A stretch of DNA of 64,000 bases, taken from positions 113,398,001 to 113,462,000 of the forward strand of contig OZ320313.1 in NCBI GenBank assembly GCA_976226885.1, in the 5' to 3' direction. Of the stretch, positions 1 to 12,400 are shown piece by piece. The notes under the pieces are model-generated. The model was given only the letters and a program-made list of their open reading frames with translations, ran no database searches and was not told the origin of the DNA. The position numbers and the translations under genes were made by a program. Position 1 is the stretch's first letter. The number at the start of each line of letters is the position of its first letter. The DNA comes from Iphione sp. A-MEVVRFRX5. Lineage: Eukaryota.

Positions 1-419
1 AGGTATTGAACATTGCAAATTGAGGTTTACCATTCATTGCGGATTTAATGGAAAATCATTGTCGCAGTCTGCTGGCCTGGCAGATCAATCGTCAGGCAGA
101 AATGTGTGCCTATCAGCTGGAGTCCCTCAGTCACTGTCACTTCCTCGGTGGCATCGATCCACGAAGGCCAAGGATGTAGTGGCAGAATGTGTTGAGTGTC
201 AGTCAACGGGGGATGCAGTGATCATGGTGGCTCAATAATCGAACCCCTGCTGGTGATGTTAAGGGCAGGCGGTAGCAGGTCATACTTAGGCGTCTTACTG
301 TTCGATAATCATCAGTCTCTGGACTGTAATTATTCTCATCGACCTTGAGCAGTCGCGTGGGCCTCACACGTCCAGGATGGCCATGTGATGATCACAAAGC
401 GCTTTATTCCCTCCCGCAG

Positions 420-483
420 CCGTGAACGGGTCAGGTACTATGGCAAGTGTACCACGAACTGAAGAGAAACGGCTTCCAGCACA
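420..483 (+). CDS. SORBS: SORBS candidate internal exon ([20 protein letters not shown])
   Basis: ctcccgcag acceptor and CA|gtaagt donor; phase 1 in, phase 2 out, which matches the exon at 4116. Confidence 0.6.
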
Positions 484-3400
484 GTAAGTTTTCATTCGCG
501 AGGAGTAGGTTAACATTGACATACTACCGCATACATTGCTTTTTAGGAGTCGGCCGCGACAAAGGTATGCTTGTTGTATTGGAGCTCACATATTTTGAGG
601 AAATTTGAATTAATACGCTAGAGACACATCTATATTACTCATGACATACAACATTTATATTTTTGAAAAATGGCCGTTTGGAGGATGTCATCAAGAGCTC
701 CTTGTTGGATCCGGCGTTTGTAATCACAGGAAATCATTTCAGTCCGACACTGCCTTCATCGATGAACATTACTCCCTTGGCGTTTTAAGATTGACTGCCA
801 AATGGCTCCACTTGTTTGAACAGATTGTAGCATTTTGTCATCAGCCAACACCATTCGAGATGATACTACAGCCTTGTCAACTTTCCTCAATGTTGTGACG
901 ACTTTTGTCTTGATTTCCTATCTCTCACTACACGGAGGGTCTCGGAAGCCCCAGACAGGAAGACAGGGGAATGTCTCAGCAGGATTTCAGGAATAAGTAC
1001 AATGCTGTTGTGGCCTCATTGCAGAAGTACTATGAATGTATGTACGGAACAGAACCACGGTATGTCTAACATTGTTACCCCACTTACCTCTCGAAAGTTA
1101 CAACCACTTATGTGGAAATGTACAGCATGTTAAGAAGGCAGACTGATAGACCGTTTGGCGAGGTGCCTTATAATGCACTAAGCTACGACAGTTTTAATAT
1201 TGGAATATAAACACTGTCAATAGGGCTTAAATAATGTCTCATTACTTTAGCATACTAGTGACGTAATTCTGTGATCGGCCGGCTGTGAGAATTTGATCTT
1301 AGAATGTTCTGGCACCCCTGTTGAAGATGGCCATGCTCTGTGCTGTGTGATGAAATAAGGAGAGTTGACCGTGATGTCAGTTTGATTAAAGGGGGGCGGG
1401 GGTGTATTGACCGTACCGTCTGGTGCTGGTGGTAATTCGAGGACAACTGAGTTGTAGTGCGATATTGTGTAACATGTCCCACTGCATTCCCGCCGCCGGG
1501 ATGGGGCGCCGATTGAGCGGACCTGTGCGGTGAGTCTGTCGCCGCCAGCCGCCTTTACACGCCTGTCGATGGTGTCGTAAGGGTGTGTGGGTGTGTGTGT
1601 GTGTGTGGGGGGGGGGGGGGGGTTCGGTCGGCAGGGTTAGGGGTGGGTGGGTTGTGTGTGTGTGGGGGGGGGTCGTCTGGACTACGGGCGGAATGTATAG
1701 CATGCAACACAAGACTTCTGAAATGCGGGACAGCTGCTTTACTAGATACCCTTTTGTTGTTAACATTTTTACATGTACAGTTGGCATACCAGTCTCCCAT
1801 ACTACTAGGCATGAACTTACGTCGACGAATCATTAGTTTTAGAGATACTCTCCCGCCTGTTTTTCGCAATAAACGGATTTTTACAAATTGGATTTTTTTC
1901 CATTTTTTTTGGGGGGGGCGGGAAAACTTGATAGATCGTTAGATTCATTCATAAAGTGAAATGTTGAGGACAAAGATGTAAAGTTAATAAGGAGCACATG
2001 CTCACTGCTAAACGTTATTAAGCCCATTAGATATAAAGAACTGTTTCTGAGATACTGGTGGTAAGTGGTGTCCACTACACTGGTCAGTATCAATAGCGCC
2101 ACAGTTTTAGTACTCCTGTATTGGGCTGAAATGCAGGGATTCTGCGGGTACTACGCGTCACTTCATTCATCTTACACATGATACTGGTCCACTGTACTTG
2201 TCGCTTTTTGAATCAGTTCCATTACTCTGTGATGTGCGGCCAAATACAGGTCCATACATATTTGTTTTTGGCTGGCTGTAATTTTTAACATGAACATTAC
2301 CAGCTTTTAGAATTAACAGTATCCTGATCATATCTTTTTTTTTTTTTAGTAGTAGTAGATGTTAGATACCGGGAGAAGCATAGCTATTACAATATATAAT
2401 ATATTTATAAATATATATGACTCCTTTGAACGAGACTACTAGGCAATTGTGGATGATGTAAGCGCGAATTGAGTGGAGATTTTAGAAACCTCTCAGACTG
2501 AGAGGGAGGTTTATGACATGATCAACAGCATCTGCTGTTGGGATATTGCTCATTGTGATATCAAGATGAACTGGATGCTCTCCACAGGTTGACATAAGTG
2601 TGGTCAGATCAATAAGAAATGCAATTTATTGCATGGTTTCTGCGCAGAGCTTCTTCGTGTATACTTGTATATTATCATATTTCTTCTGATGGTATTTGGT
2701 TTGAAATACACGTCGATTCTAAGTGAGACCGGAGAAAAAACTGCACGTTTGTTGTTGCTATGATAATCAGTTTGGTTAATCACTATGACTAGTATTCATA
2801 GGTCCTCGTTATGAAGCAAGCATATATAGATATATATATATATCGGTATTTTGATAACCGTTTCATCTAGAAAATAACTTCGAGTGGGAAATTAAGAAAT
2901 GTTTGAAATATAATACGTCCCTCTCAGAATGCCGCAAAGCTATGTCGAACCACCATATTGAAACATTTGAATATTTACGGAAGGGTAAATTATAAATAAT
3001 CTATTTAATGGAACGGTGGTACGTATCTTGCCAGTTTTAACACGTTATCGAATAATCAGACAGATGAAATCAACTTCCCGAACATTAAAACCATAGCTAC
3101 CAGGACCATTAAAGCATCTGTCGTGACTCAGTATGCTATAGGGAATCGCACAATCCATAGAGAAATCTATAGTATAACGAACGGAACACGTGAGTATTTT
3201 ACAGTAGTCCCCATATTTCGGCTACTATTGAATACTTGGCGAACGCAGTATGGGAGAATGGCAACATATTCCCGACGTAACTGAGCTTGTGTTAACGTTC
3301 CCATTGACATCGAATTGAAAGAGCAGTTGCTACTAGATGGTATTAGAAACTTCATTTTTACCTGATATTCGGTAGAGGGACTACTCGTCAGCATGATTTA

Positions 3401-6400
3401 GACAACTTTGACCGCGAGAGTACCATGACGATGGAGCATATTCTGTGCGTAGATTTAAAGCTATTATGAAGTGGAGATAGCAGACATTGTGGGGCTGACT
3501 GGCTGCTGAGCGAGCAGATCGCCACGTACGTATAATTAGGTACAATGATAGGCCATAATAGATTAACTGAAGTCACCTTGGGGTTCGGGTGGCCCTCTGT
3601 AATTTAAATTGCTGGCCGTTTTCCATGAAGTTTGCCTGTTTATAAATGTTGATTGAACAAATGCTGAGTACATGTATTTGATAGGCCCAAGTTATATTTG
3701 TTTACCCTCGTGTCTATGTTACATGGATTCTCTCTCTCGGGAAAATCAGCTTTTAGGTTCGGGGTAATAATGTATACTGAGTAACCCTCGGTAACACCAC
3801 CCCTTAACAACTGCCAGTAGTCTTAAAAGTCGGTTTAACGTCCCAATGTTTTAGACTAGTACAATAGCTTTCAGGGATTAGATTTATAATATTAATTTGA
3901 TAATATATGCAGTACGTGCACATTGTGTATAGTATGGAGAATGTAATAGAATACCGTAGAGGGAGTTTTATGGCGTTTACGTACATACAGGCTGTCACTA
4001 TGTAATGACAGTGTGGACGGGCTTCTTCTGCGCGATGGTCTGTACCTTTGATCCTGTTGAAATTGTTGATGGAAGGATCCCTAAGTAATTGTTATTTTTC
4101 TCCTTTTTATTTTAGGTCATGGTCTCCTCCTCACGTGCGATATCGAAATGAAGTGTACAGGAACCAACCCAAGAGTATCGCCGATTACGAGCCGGGCCAT
4201 TCCTCCATAGCGCTACGGGAAAACAGAGTGGTAGGTTGACGGTTAGGACCATTTAAATAAAATAAAAGATAAAGATAACATATAAGTCGTAACTCTATGG
4301 TTAGTCACTCTAACGACGTATCTACTCTGTTTTGTTTAGAGTAAGTCGCTCTTACGCGTATTTTTGCCTCTTTGAGTTAAAATTACGTACTGCTCTTATT
4401 GTGTTGTTGTTGAACTTAACTTCTCTGACCGACTCAGTGCTTTGTGTGTCTCTCTGAGAGCGCCGCTCAGTCTCAGACAAATCTTTACTGTATGTGTTCA
4501 CCAATAATAATAATAATTAGGCTTCTCGTTATTAGAGAACCTTTAATTAATTCCCCCAATGGAATACATTACAATCTAATATGCCTCCGCTCTCTATTAA
4601 ACTAAAAAAAGCACATCCTGTTCTACCCAGTCACAAATAATTCCCATAAAATATGTATCAACAACTATAGCTTATTCAGATAACAACTATAGCATATTCA
4701 GATAAGTTAAGTCCTATACACATATCACGTAACTTCTAGGTAGGTCTTGACAGTCCCCCTACTACTTGATATTATAACGGTACGTTTAAGCCTGGGAAAG
4801 TTCACCTATTTGTAAAGTATCTTACCAATAGCATTCATTATGAGAATATATTATACACATTTCAGAGTGTCTTCCATTTGCGTAAAAAAGAGTTAACCGT
4901 AAGGAGCATGGTCTTATGAATGCCACTTTACCTTTTCGTCCATCCCAAGTAGTTTTTCGTTGTGAATTGCGTCTTTAAGCGTGTATCCATATCCACTACC
5001 CCTCCAGAACTATTTTTGAAACATGTACCTTACTTCAACTGCATGTTGGTTTCATGTGACAAAAAATATTAGTGTAGTAGTAATGTACATCGTTAGGGTC
5101 TGTTAGACGTGTATTGCGTGAATACAGTTACCTTTCGACCTTTCAAATGTATGTGAAGAACAAATTTCTATACGTTTGTACGGAATGTAAACCTGCATGT
5201 CCGTTGTCTCAGTGAAAGCATTTTCATTCAGTAGCATGTCGTGCATTTACTCTAATAATAGGATTGTAGCTGTGGCAGTGAAACGAATTTGAACATTATG
5301 TATATATTCTTGCACGGCATTTGAAATAATTTTCCTGAAGAATGCGTCCTCATCGTTAGTCTTAATTGGGGACATAGCTGAGGTATTTTCCAACCCAAAA
5401 TATCACCTTTTTTCTGTCATGAACACATGGAATGTAAACATCCAACCAGACGAATAAAATGGTCGCTATAGTAGATTTATAGGTGTGTGCCTTCTAGTTG
5501 GAAAGAATGCTTGGACTATTTTGATGCTGTACCTAGTAGTATCACTGAGGTCCTCGCTGTAATTGGCTGATCCTTTGTGCTCATCGATGACTTCTTATCA
5601 AATGTGCTCTTTGGTTCGGTGTGCACTGGTACCCCCAGTATGTAGATGCAGACAAGAGGGAACGAACCCCCAAGAGCCCCCGAACCCCCACCCGGAGCAC
5701 TCCGAAGAGCCCCCGGAGTGTAAGCCAGGTGAAATTGAAGGTGAACCACCTACCTTTAGCCCAGGACTAGCTTGTTGTGGTGTGTCGCGTGCTGTAAAGT
5801 CTGCACCCCTTACCGTCTGCACTAACAAGTTTGCCCTAACCCAGTGTTGTCCTTTTCGCGGGTAACCTGTACATAAAACTGTATGTAACATTCAATTGCA
5901 CTTGGGTACAGTTAAAGATGCAACTACATGGCCGTAAAGGAAAGCCGGTTCATTTATGTCGGAACTCGCCTTTTAAAAATCTGAATAAAGAAACCGCTAC
6001 CAAATATGGTTTTACCCATTTCGAGCAATTTGTTTTCAGCGGGGAATAGAAATCTTTGCTCAGCAAAATGAAATGGTTGATTTTGGAATCCAAACCTTAT
6101 CGCTGCTCTGTGCTTATACACTCTTCTCTCTTGGACTACTTGGCACCCCTTTTTCCACTACTTTTGTCTTTATATTGTAGTATTGTTTCCCTCTGCTTTT
6201 CTTGTAGACACAAGGTGTATCATACCTCAACCTCAGCCACTCAAAGGCTGCTTTCTAACCTGGCTTCATTCTTGTGCATTGTTCTGTTTGAGATGACGGC
6301 GCTCTAACATGCATCCCAGATGTTGCAGTCACTTCTTTTTGTCATATACTGTCGACCGTGTCTAGACCTATGGAACTAAGTAGCCATGTACATTTTTGAC

Positions 6401-9400
6401 CAGCAATAGTAAATAAATCTTTTTTTTCATAGTCTTGTCACATGTATGTATAGAATGTATATCTGCGCTACTTTTTGCGTTACATCTTTCGCACACCTAC
6501 AGTTTGAAGCTTAGCGTAGCTTTAGAACACAATTGTAGTACACTCTGCAGATCGGGTTAATTTTCCATATCTAGAAACTTCAACAGTTTAGCTATAACCC
6601 GATGTTGTTTCGCTAAGTCATCTGATGTAGCTATTGACGTATGAAAGGATCATGAATAAGTCTACTACGCATGTATTGAGCCATACGTTGTCAAACACAT
6701 GGCGCCGTACGCTCGCCTGTGAGCCATATGGTCCCTTGACACCCACTAATATATGGACACTTCGACTCAACTATTCCTTTGTCAGTCTAGACTTTTGATC
6801 GGAAATAGCATGAATGACCGAACGTGTCGTTCGAAAAAAAATTAAAAAAGTATGCAATATTTTTACCCCCATGCCCCTCATCCAGTGTTTTAACTCTTGT
6901 TTTTCGTGCTTAGACAAATGTACCTTATTTAACAACCGTATATACTAAGGAAACTGGTAGATGTAAGGATTAAATTGACTGGTTATCATTGCCTGTTTTT
7001 TGCCTTATAAAAAGTTAAGCAGTTTTGGGTAGTATGGTAAACTCTAGAGTCGAGTCTCGTTTCATGTAACATGCTTTATACATATGCCAGACTTAAATAG
7101 CCAGACCTTTAGTACGGTGCTATATTTCAAATTATTATTTTACATACAAACACGGATATTTATCAGGAACCATCAAACATATTCCACATCACTGTTGTGG
7201 AAGACGAGATTCAGCTTTACACTTAAACACATGCATCGGTTACCTGTTAGAATAGTGTTTGCACATTTAAAACAGCTAAATACCATAGGGACAGACTGTG
7301 ATATGGCAAGCAAGTTGTACGTGTGTGTTGTCACAGGTTGTTTCAGCTGCTGCTGCTGCTGCTGCCGAGTATGTTAACTGTACACTAATAACACTGATGT
7401 TTGGTACTGTTTGTTTGACGCGCACCCGCACGCACCACAGGACGAGTCGTACATAGAGGTATGCTATTCATCTCTCATAACACTCATATACTTCCTTAAA
7501 AATCCTCAAGCGCACGTTACCAGTAAGTCGCCCTCAGTGGCTATAATAACAAGCGGCCATAACGACGTTATGTCCCCATGTCCCTATGTCATACACTTAG
7601 GAGGAGATGTTCATTGTGTAACCACCATATTGACAAGTGCTCATTAGTCTACAACACCCAACCACCGCCCCCCGATGTATATACTTGTTTATATTAATTT
7701 GCATTCTTTCTATGATACTTATACACATTGTATCTTTAGGTTTCCATGTAAGCGTGTCGCCATGGGCTGTGTTTCCAAGACAGTTTTCTTAATCCTGTTA
7801 CTTCCGAATCAGCAGGAAGTATGGTCATAGTCTCTCCATGTATGTGGTGTTTTTCGGCCCTGAAAACGCAGAAAAACAGCAGAAATAAGCCAATAACCAA
7901 GCAAATTGGCCTGATATGAGGTAAATATCAGGCAAATTAGGCCGGAAAATGGTGAAGTTCAGGCAAAATCAGTGGACAAATGGTGAAATTCAGGCAAAAT
8001 CGGTGGGAAAATAGCAGAATTGATGATTACATGTGCAGTAATGTGTTCTTTTCTGCATGAAGCACAGGTAACTAACTAGCTGTTTCACAATCGTTTTCCC
8101 TATACCACTGTGGAAAGCATGGCTGTTTCCGTGGAAAATATGGGACATTTCACATTTTGAAACACAGCCCACACAGACATGTTACACATGACATGTAACA
8201 CACATGCATGGAAACACTTCTCCTGTTAACATTATCCCCAAGAAACACGTTGAAAATACGTCAACATCCTCGACGCATACTCGCGTGCATGGAGACATGG
8301 CGTTAAGTTGGACGAACAAAAAACTATGCATGTATCCATTTATGTCATTGTAGTTTCTAATGCACTTTTGTTGGGTGTCTTATTTTTTTCTCTGTTATTG
8401 TTGTTGGCATAGATATGATTCCCGTTTCTTTTGTTATTTGAGTTAATGTGGTGGGGGCTGCGTCCTGCTTTGTTGACAGGTGTTGATAATTTGACTAGCG
8501 GTGTATGGGCGACTCGTGGAGGCCCACCTGTTTCAACCACCTGAGTCGGGTATGCTCAATGAGGCGTGACAAAGGCGCCACTCCCTCTATTATCCGTCCG
8601 GCGGCGCTCTTGGTAGCTGATATTAATTAAGAGAAAATTGCGCGAGGTGGGCAATAGAGAGAGCGAGAGAGAGAGGGCCGTGCTAATGAAGGTTGATTGC
8701 AAAGTGGGAAAGAGCGTGCACAGTTTCCTCACAGTATACCAGCAGCCTGTCCGTGACCGATATACTGTAGAAGGGAGGACTAGCCACAAGAACGGTGGTA
8801 TTTAGGTAAAATGTCGCAGCCAACTTCCCACCGGTACTCCCTCATGTGTGCACATGATGGCGATTGCTGCACCAGCTGCCGCCACGGACGCGCCGGGGGC
8901 GGTGGCGCCTGCTGCTACTGCTGCTGCCGCAGCGGCGGCGGCGGCCACCGTCCTGTGGGTGGGAGTCAGTTGATGAGGTGGTCCCGGGCCAGGAGGAGGT
9001 AGCATCTGTGGGGAGCGTGATGGGTCCGCCTGACCAGTAGCCTGCATCACCTGCCCTGAAACTAGGTCATCTTCAAACAGCCAACCTTCCCCACTACTAC
9101 CACTGCTAAGCCGTGGCTGCAGTTGCTGCTGCTTTCAGGTACGGCAGCGGCTGCTGCTGCTGCTGCTACTGCCGCTCTTGTTGCCACAGTTGCTGGCACG
9201 GCAGCAGCTCCTGCTGGATTGGCGCTTGGCAAGCAGTGAGAGCACGCCTACCGTAGCACGAGCACTCGGCCGGACAAGCCCATCAACATGCAACTTCGAC
9301 CCAATAGAACCGCACCTGTAAAGACAGGCCACTACAGGTGAACAGAATGTTGGGTTTAGAAGCTCACCATGGCCACTTTTAAAACGCTGCAAAGATGGGC

Positions 9401-12400
9401 TATTTAACTACTGACTTGACACTGTGAAGAAACCTCTAAGGTAAGCGAGCCGCACAGGTGAAAAAGGTGAGCAGTTTTTCTCAGGTAAGCCTCCGTAGAC
9501 ACAGGTACTGCTTGTGCCTACTGTTACTTGAGGGGGCGGACTCGCCGCTGTCAGTTCCTGCTGTGTAGAACACAGACAAAGACTGACACTCTTATCGCAC
9601 TGCCTCCCGAGTTGTCATTCCTCATGCCCTTGTGGACGTATACGGCGGCTGACAGTCCTTCAGAGCTAATCATTGCTGGCTTGCTTATAGCTGGGGTTAG
9701 GAGGGAAGGACTTAGGTAGCCAGAATAAGCCGCGTTCACCCCAACCGAATTACATAATACAAAGGTCGGTCCAGTATCCATGGCCAATTTTCAGAAGCAA
9801 TTACCTTGAACGATGGATGATCCGTTGTTTGGGGTATCGATCCACTGCTTTGGCTGATAAACACGGCGCTGTCATTCCGTCCTATTCTGGATGGCTTCAA
9901 GAGCTGGAAATGTCAGTCGGACACGTTGCATGGTTATTCACCTCATGCCAGGAAATCTTTTGATCCTATTTTCAGGGGAAGTATTGATTTCTGTGGTGAT
10001 GACTGACTAGATAACGGGAACTTATGTTGATATTTTCCTGTTGTGGGTATGTGGGGCTCAAAGCTAAGGGATCAGTGTGCTGTTTGTAAAGTGCAAATAG
10101 AGAAAACAAGGAAGTGACGCTGTATTGCCAATAGGTCAACATGCTGTGAGAGTGTACGCCTAAAATCTATATGACGGTTTAATGACGTCATACCACCCCC
10201 TTTTCACTCGCAGCTGCCAGTGATAAAGTATTATAGACTTCCAAATCACCCCTAAGGGAATCTATTGGTCGATCCGAAATAGCTGCGATATTTCACCAGG
10301 CATGTGATAGTAATTGGCGGTGAGGGGTATTTGGGAGAGTGTGGTTTGCCCTTTCAGGCAAGAACTAATAACGAGGCTAAATGGTAGACGCGTAGTAAGG
10401 CTGTGCACGAGATTAGACCACCTGTGCGTCAGTGTGGTTAGTAGGGTAGATATTGAATGTAGGATAACCCATCATTATTATCCCCAGTTCTTAAAAAAAC
10501 ATTGAAATGAACATTCGGCAGGTGTAGTTCATGTACAGTTTAATTGTTCATTTAAAAACTCACAGACAGCCTGTGGTCTGCAGCAGTTTACAGTCACCAT
10601 GGGAATGTGTACTCACAAAGTTGGTCAGAACATTCTACTGGTCATCGTTGTCCACAATAGCATTTCACCACGAACCATATATAGTCATGTTTAACAGATA
10701 CATGTACAGGTACATTTTAAATATATGTGAGCATACATGTCAGATGCACGTGTGTCGAATGTGCGACTGTACACCCGTCACCACTTGTCACATTTAGGAA
10801 CAAGATGATCGATACCAAATCGTGACTGCCATGTCAGTTGTAGTCGTGTTTCCTTTTGGGCTGTGGAGTGGAAGATCGTGTCTTCCAGCCACCTTTGCAC
10901 ACAACATTTAAGGTCTTTCTAGTCCCCCCTCACCCCCCTAACCCCCCTGCTCCCTGGTTGCGGCCCATATCTTTTAATATTAGGGAACTAGTGGCCATTG
11001 ATTTTGCCCGCGAGGACCGCTGCGTCGTGCCCCGCCCAGGTAGGAGGACGTGCCGGACGTTATTTACCTGCTTCTGCCGGGCTCGCTGGCCGCCAGCCAT
11101 GCGCCACTTGTTTTGCGGAAGCTGGTGGGTTGCTATGGAAACAGCTAGGCATCTGGCCGTCCCGCTTGATACCTATAGAAAGGCAGCTGTTGGGAGAGGG
11201 GGCTGGGCCTGCTCACACGAGACGTGGGTTAGGCCACCATTTCTCTGCTGACTACCTTTACCGCTGATCGTTTCTTTTGTAGGCCGGGGCAGTAAACATG
11301 TTCTCACACTTGAGACACGAGCCCTCGAGTAGCCTACTAGTCTTGAACATTGTGGAGTATGTCTGAACGTCAGTATCGATTTAACAACCAAAACGATCAG
11401 TCAAAATCAGCTGGCTGGCTGGTCGCGGGCTCCTGAGTAGAATATTCATGAGGGTGTAAGGAGAGGTTCAGATGAGCTGCGGGTTTCCATTATCATTTTA
11501 ATGACTGATTGTAATGAATAATTGCCTCGCACAATATGATGTTAGTAAATTGAGATTGGAGCGCCGTTCCCTCGCACAATAGGCGTATAATCAATTCATG
11601 AATGTATAAACCGCATGAGTGACCGTCCATTTTTTTTTCTATATGCTGTTGCGTATTGTCATTTGCAGAGCCAGCATCTGTACAACCCTCCGATCGAGAA
11701 GCCCGGGCAACACAGCAAGCAGTGAGTATTGCTTTATTTAAAAAGGAGTCACTACCAATTCTGAGCGATTATGTCGTTTTAAAAATAGACAAGATCATGA
11801 TTTGACACGACCTTTTTACGTGTTTGTAGCGTTTGAGTAATTGATATACATTTAAACGTACTTAATGATTTATTTACGGAGAGAACATTTAAAGAAAGGA
11901 GTTTATTGTGTTTTTTCTTAGTATGCGACATGGGATCTATAGGTAAGCTGGTACATAAGCATTACAGAAAAAGTGCGTGGCTTCAAAGAACCCTCTTGGA
12001 CCTTGATTGTTGGGAAATTCATGTACATTTATTTGCTTTTCAATAGAGCAGCCAAACTTTGTTTTAATAAATTCGCAGGCGTTTTATCATTAAATCATTG
12101 ATTACCTCCTCGATGTTGTTATTATGCCCTTTTTGTTCCCTTGCTTACGGGGAGGAATACTTAGCAATGCATTGGGCTGACGCTCCAACCTTCTCACAGT
12201 CCATCCGAACCTTGTGAACTCCAAAACTAACGGCCCTAGAGCCCTGCAACTTTCATGGAATGTTTCCTTTTGCGAACTCAGCAGTATACTTTGGAGTTGC
12301 TACTTGTTAAAATAAAACAAACAAAGCTCATATTAAGATATTTCCGTGTGTGTACTGTTACTTTGAGACTACATGACAAGTGGTAACCGGACAGGACCAT

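Noticed and set aside
2052-2066. 9-nt microexon candidate ATACTGGTG before gtaagt
   Set aside because: GAG acceptor with a poor pyrimidine tract.
2545-2580. IAHCDIKMN resembles a kinase catalytic loop (HxDxKxxN)
   Set aside because: Spacing is wrong, there are in-frame stops upstream, and no other kinase subdomains are present.
5428-5438. TGGAATGTAAA matches the 5' half of miR-1
   Set aside because: The match ends at 11 nt and no hairpin partner is visible.
6914-6919. 6-nt microexon candidate ACAAAT after gtgcttag
   Set aside because: The donor AAT|gtacct is too weak.
8811-9002. 63-aa Cys/Gly-rich ORF resembling a metallothionein, and neighbouring Ala-rich antifreeze-like peptides
   Set aside because: These are alternative readings of GCT/GCG trinucleotide repeats; there is no regular Cys spacing or Thr periodicity.
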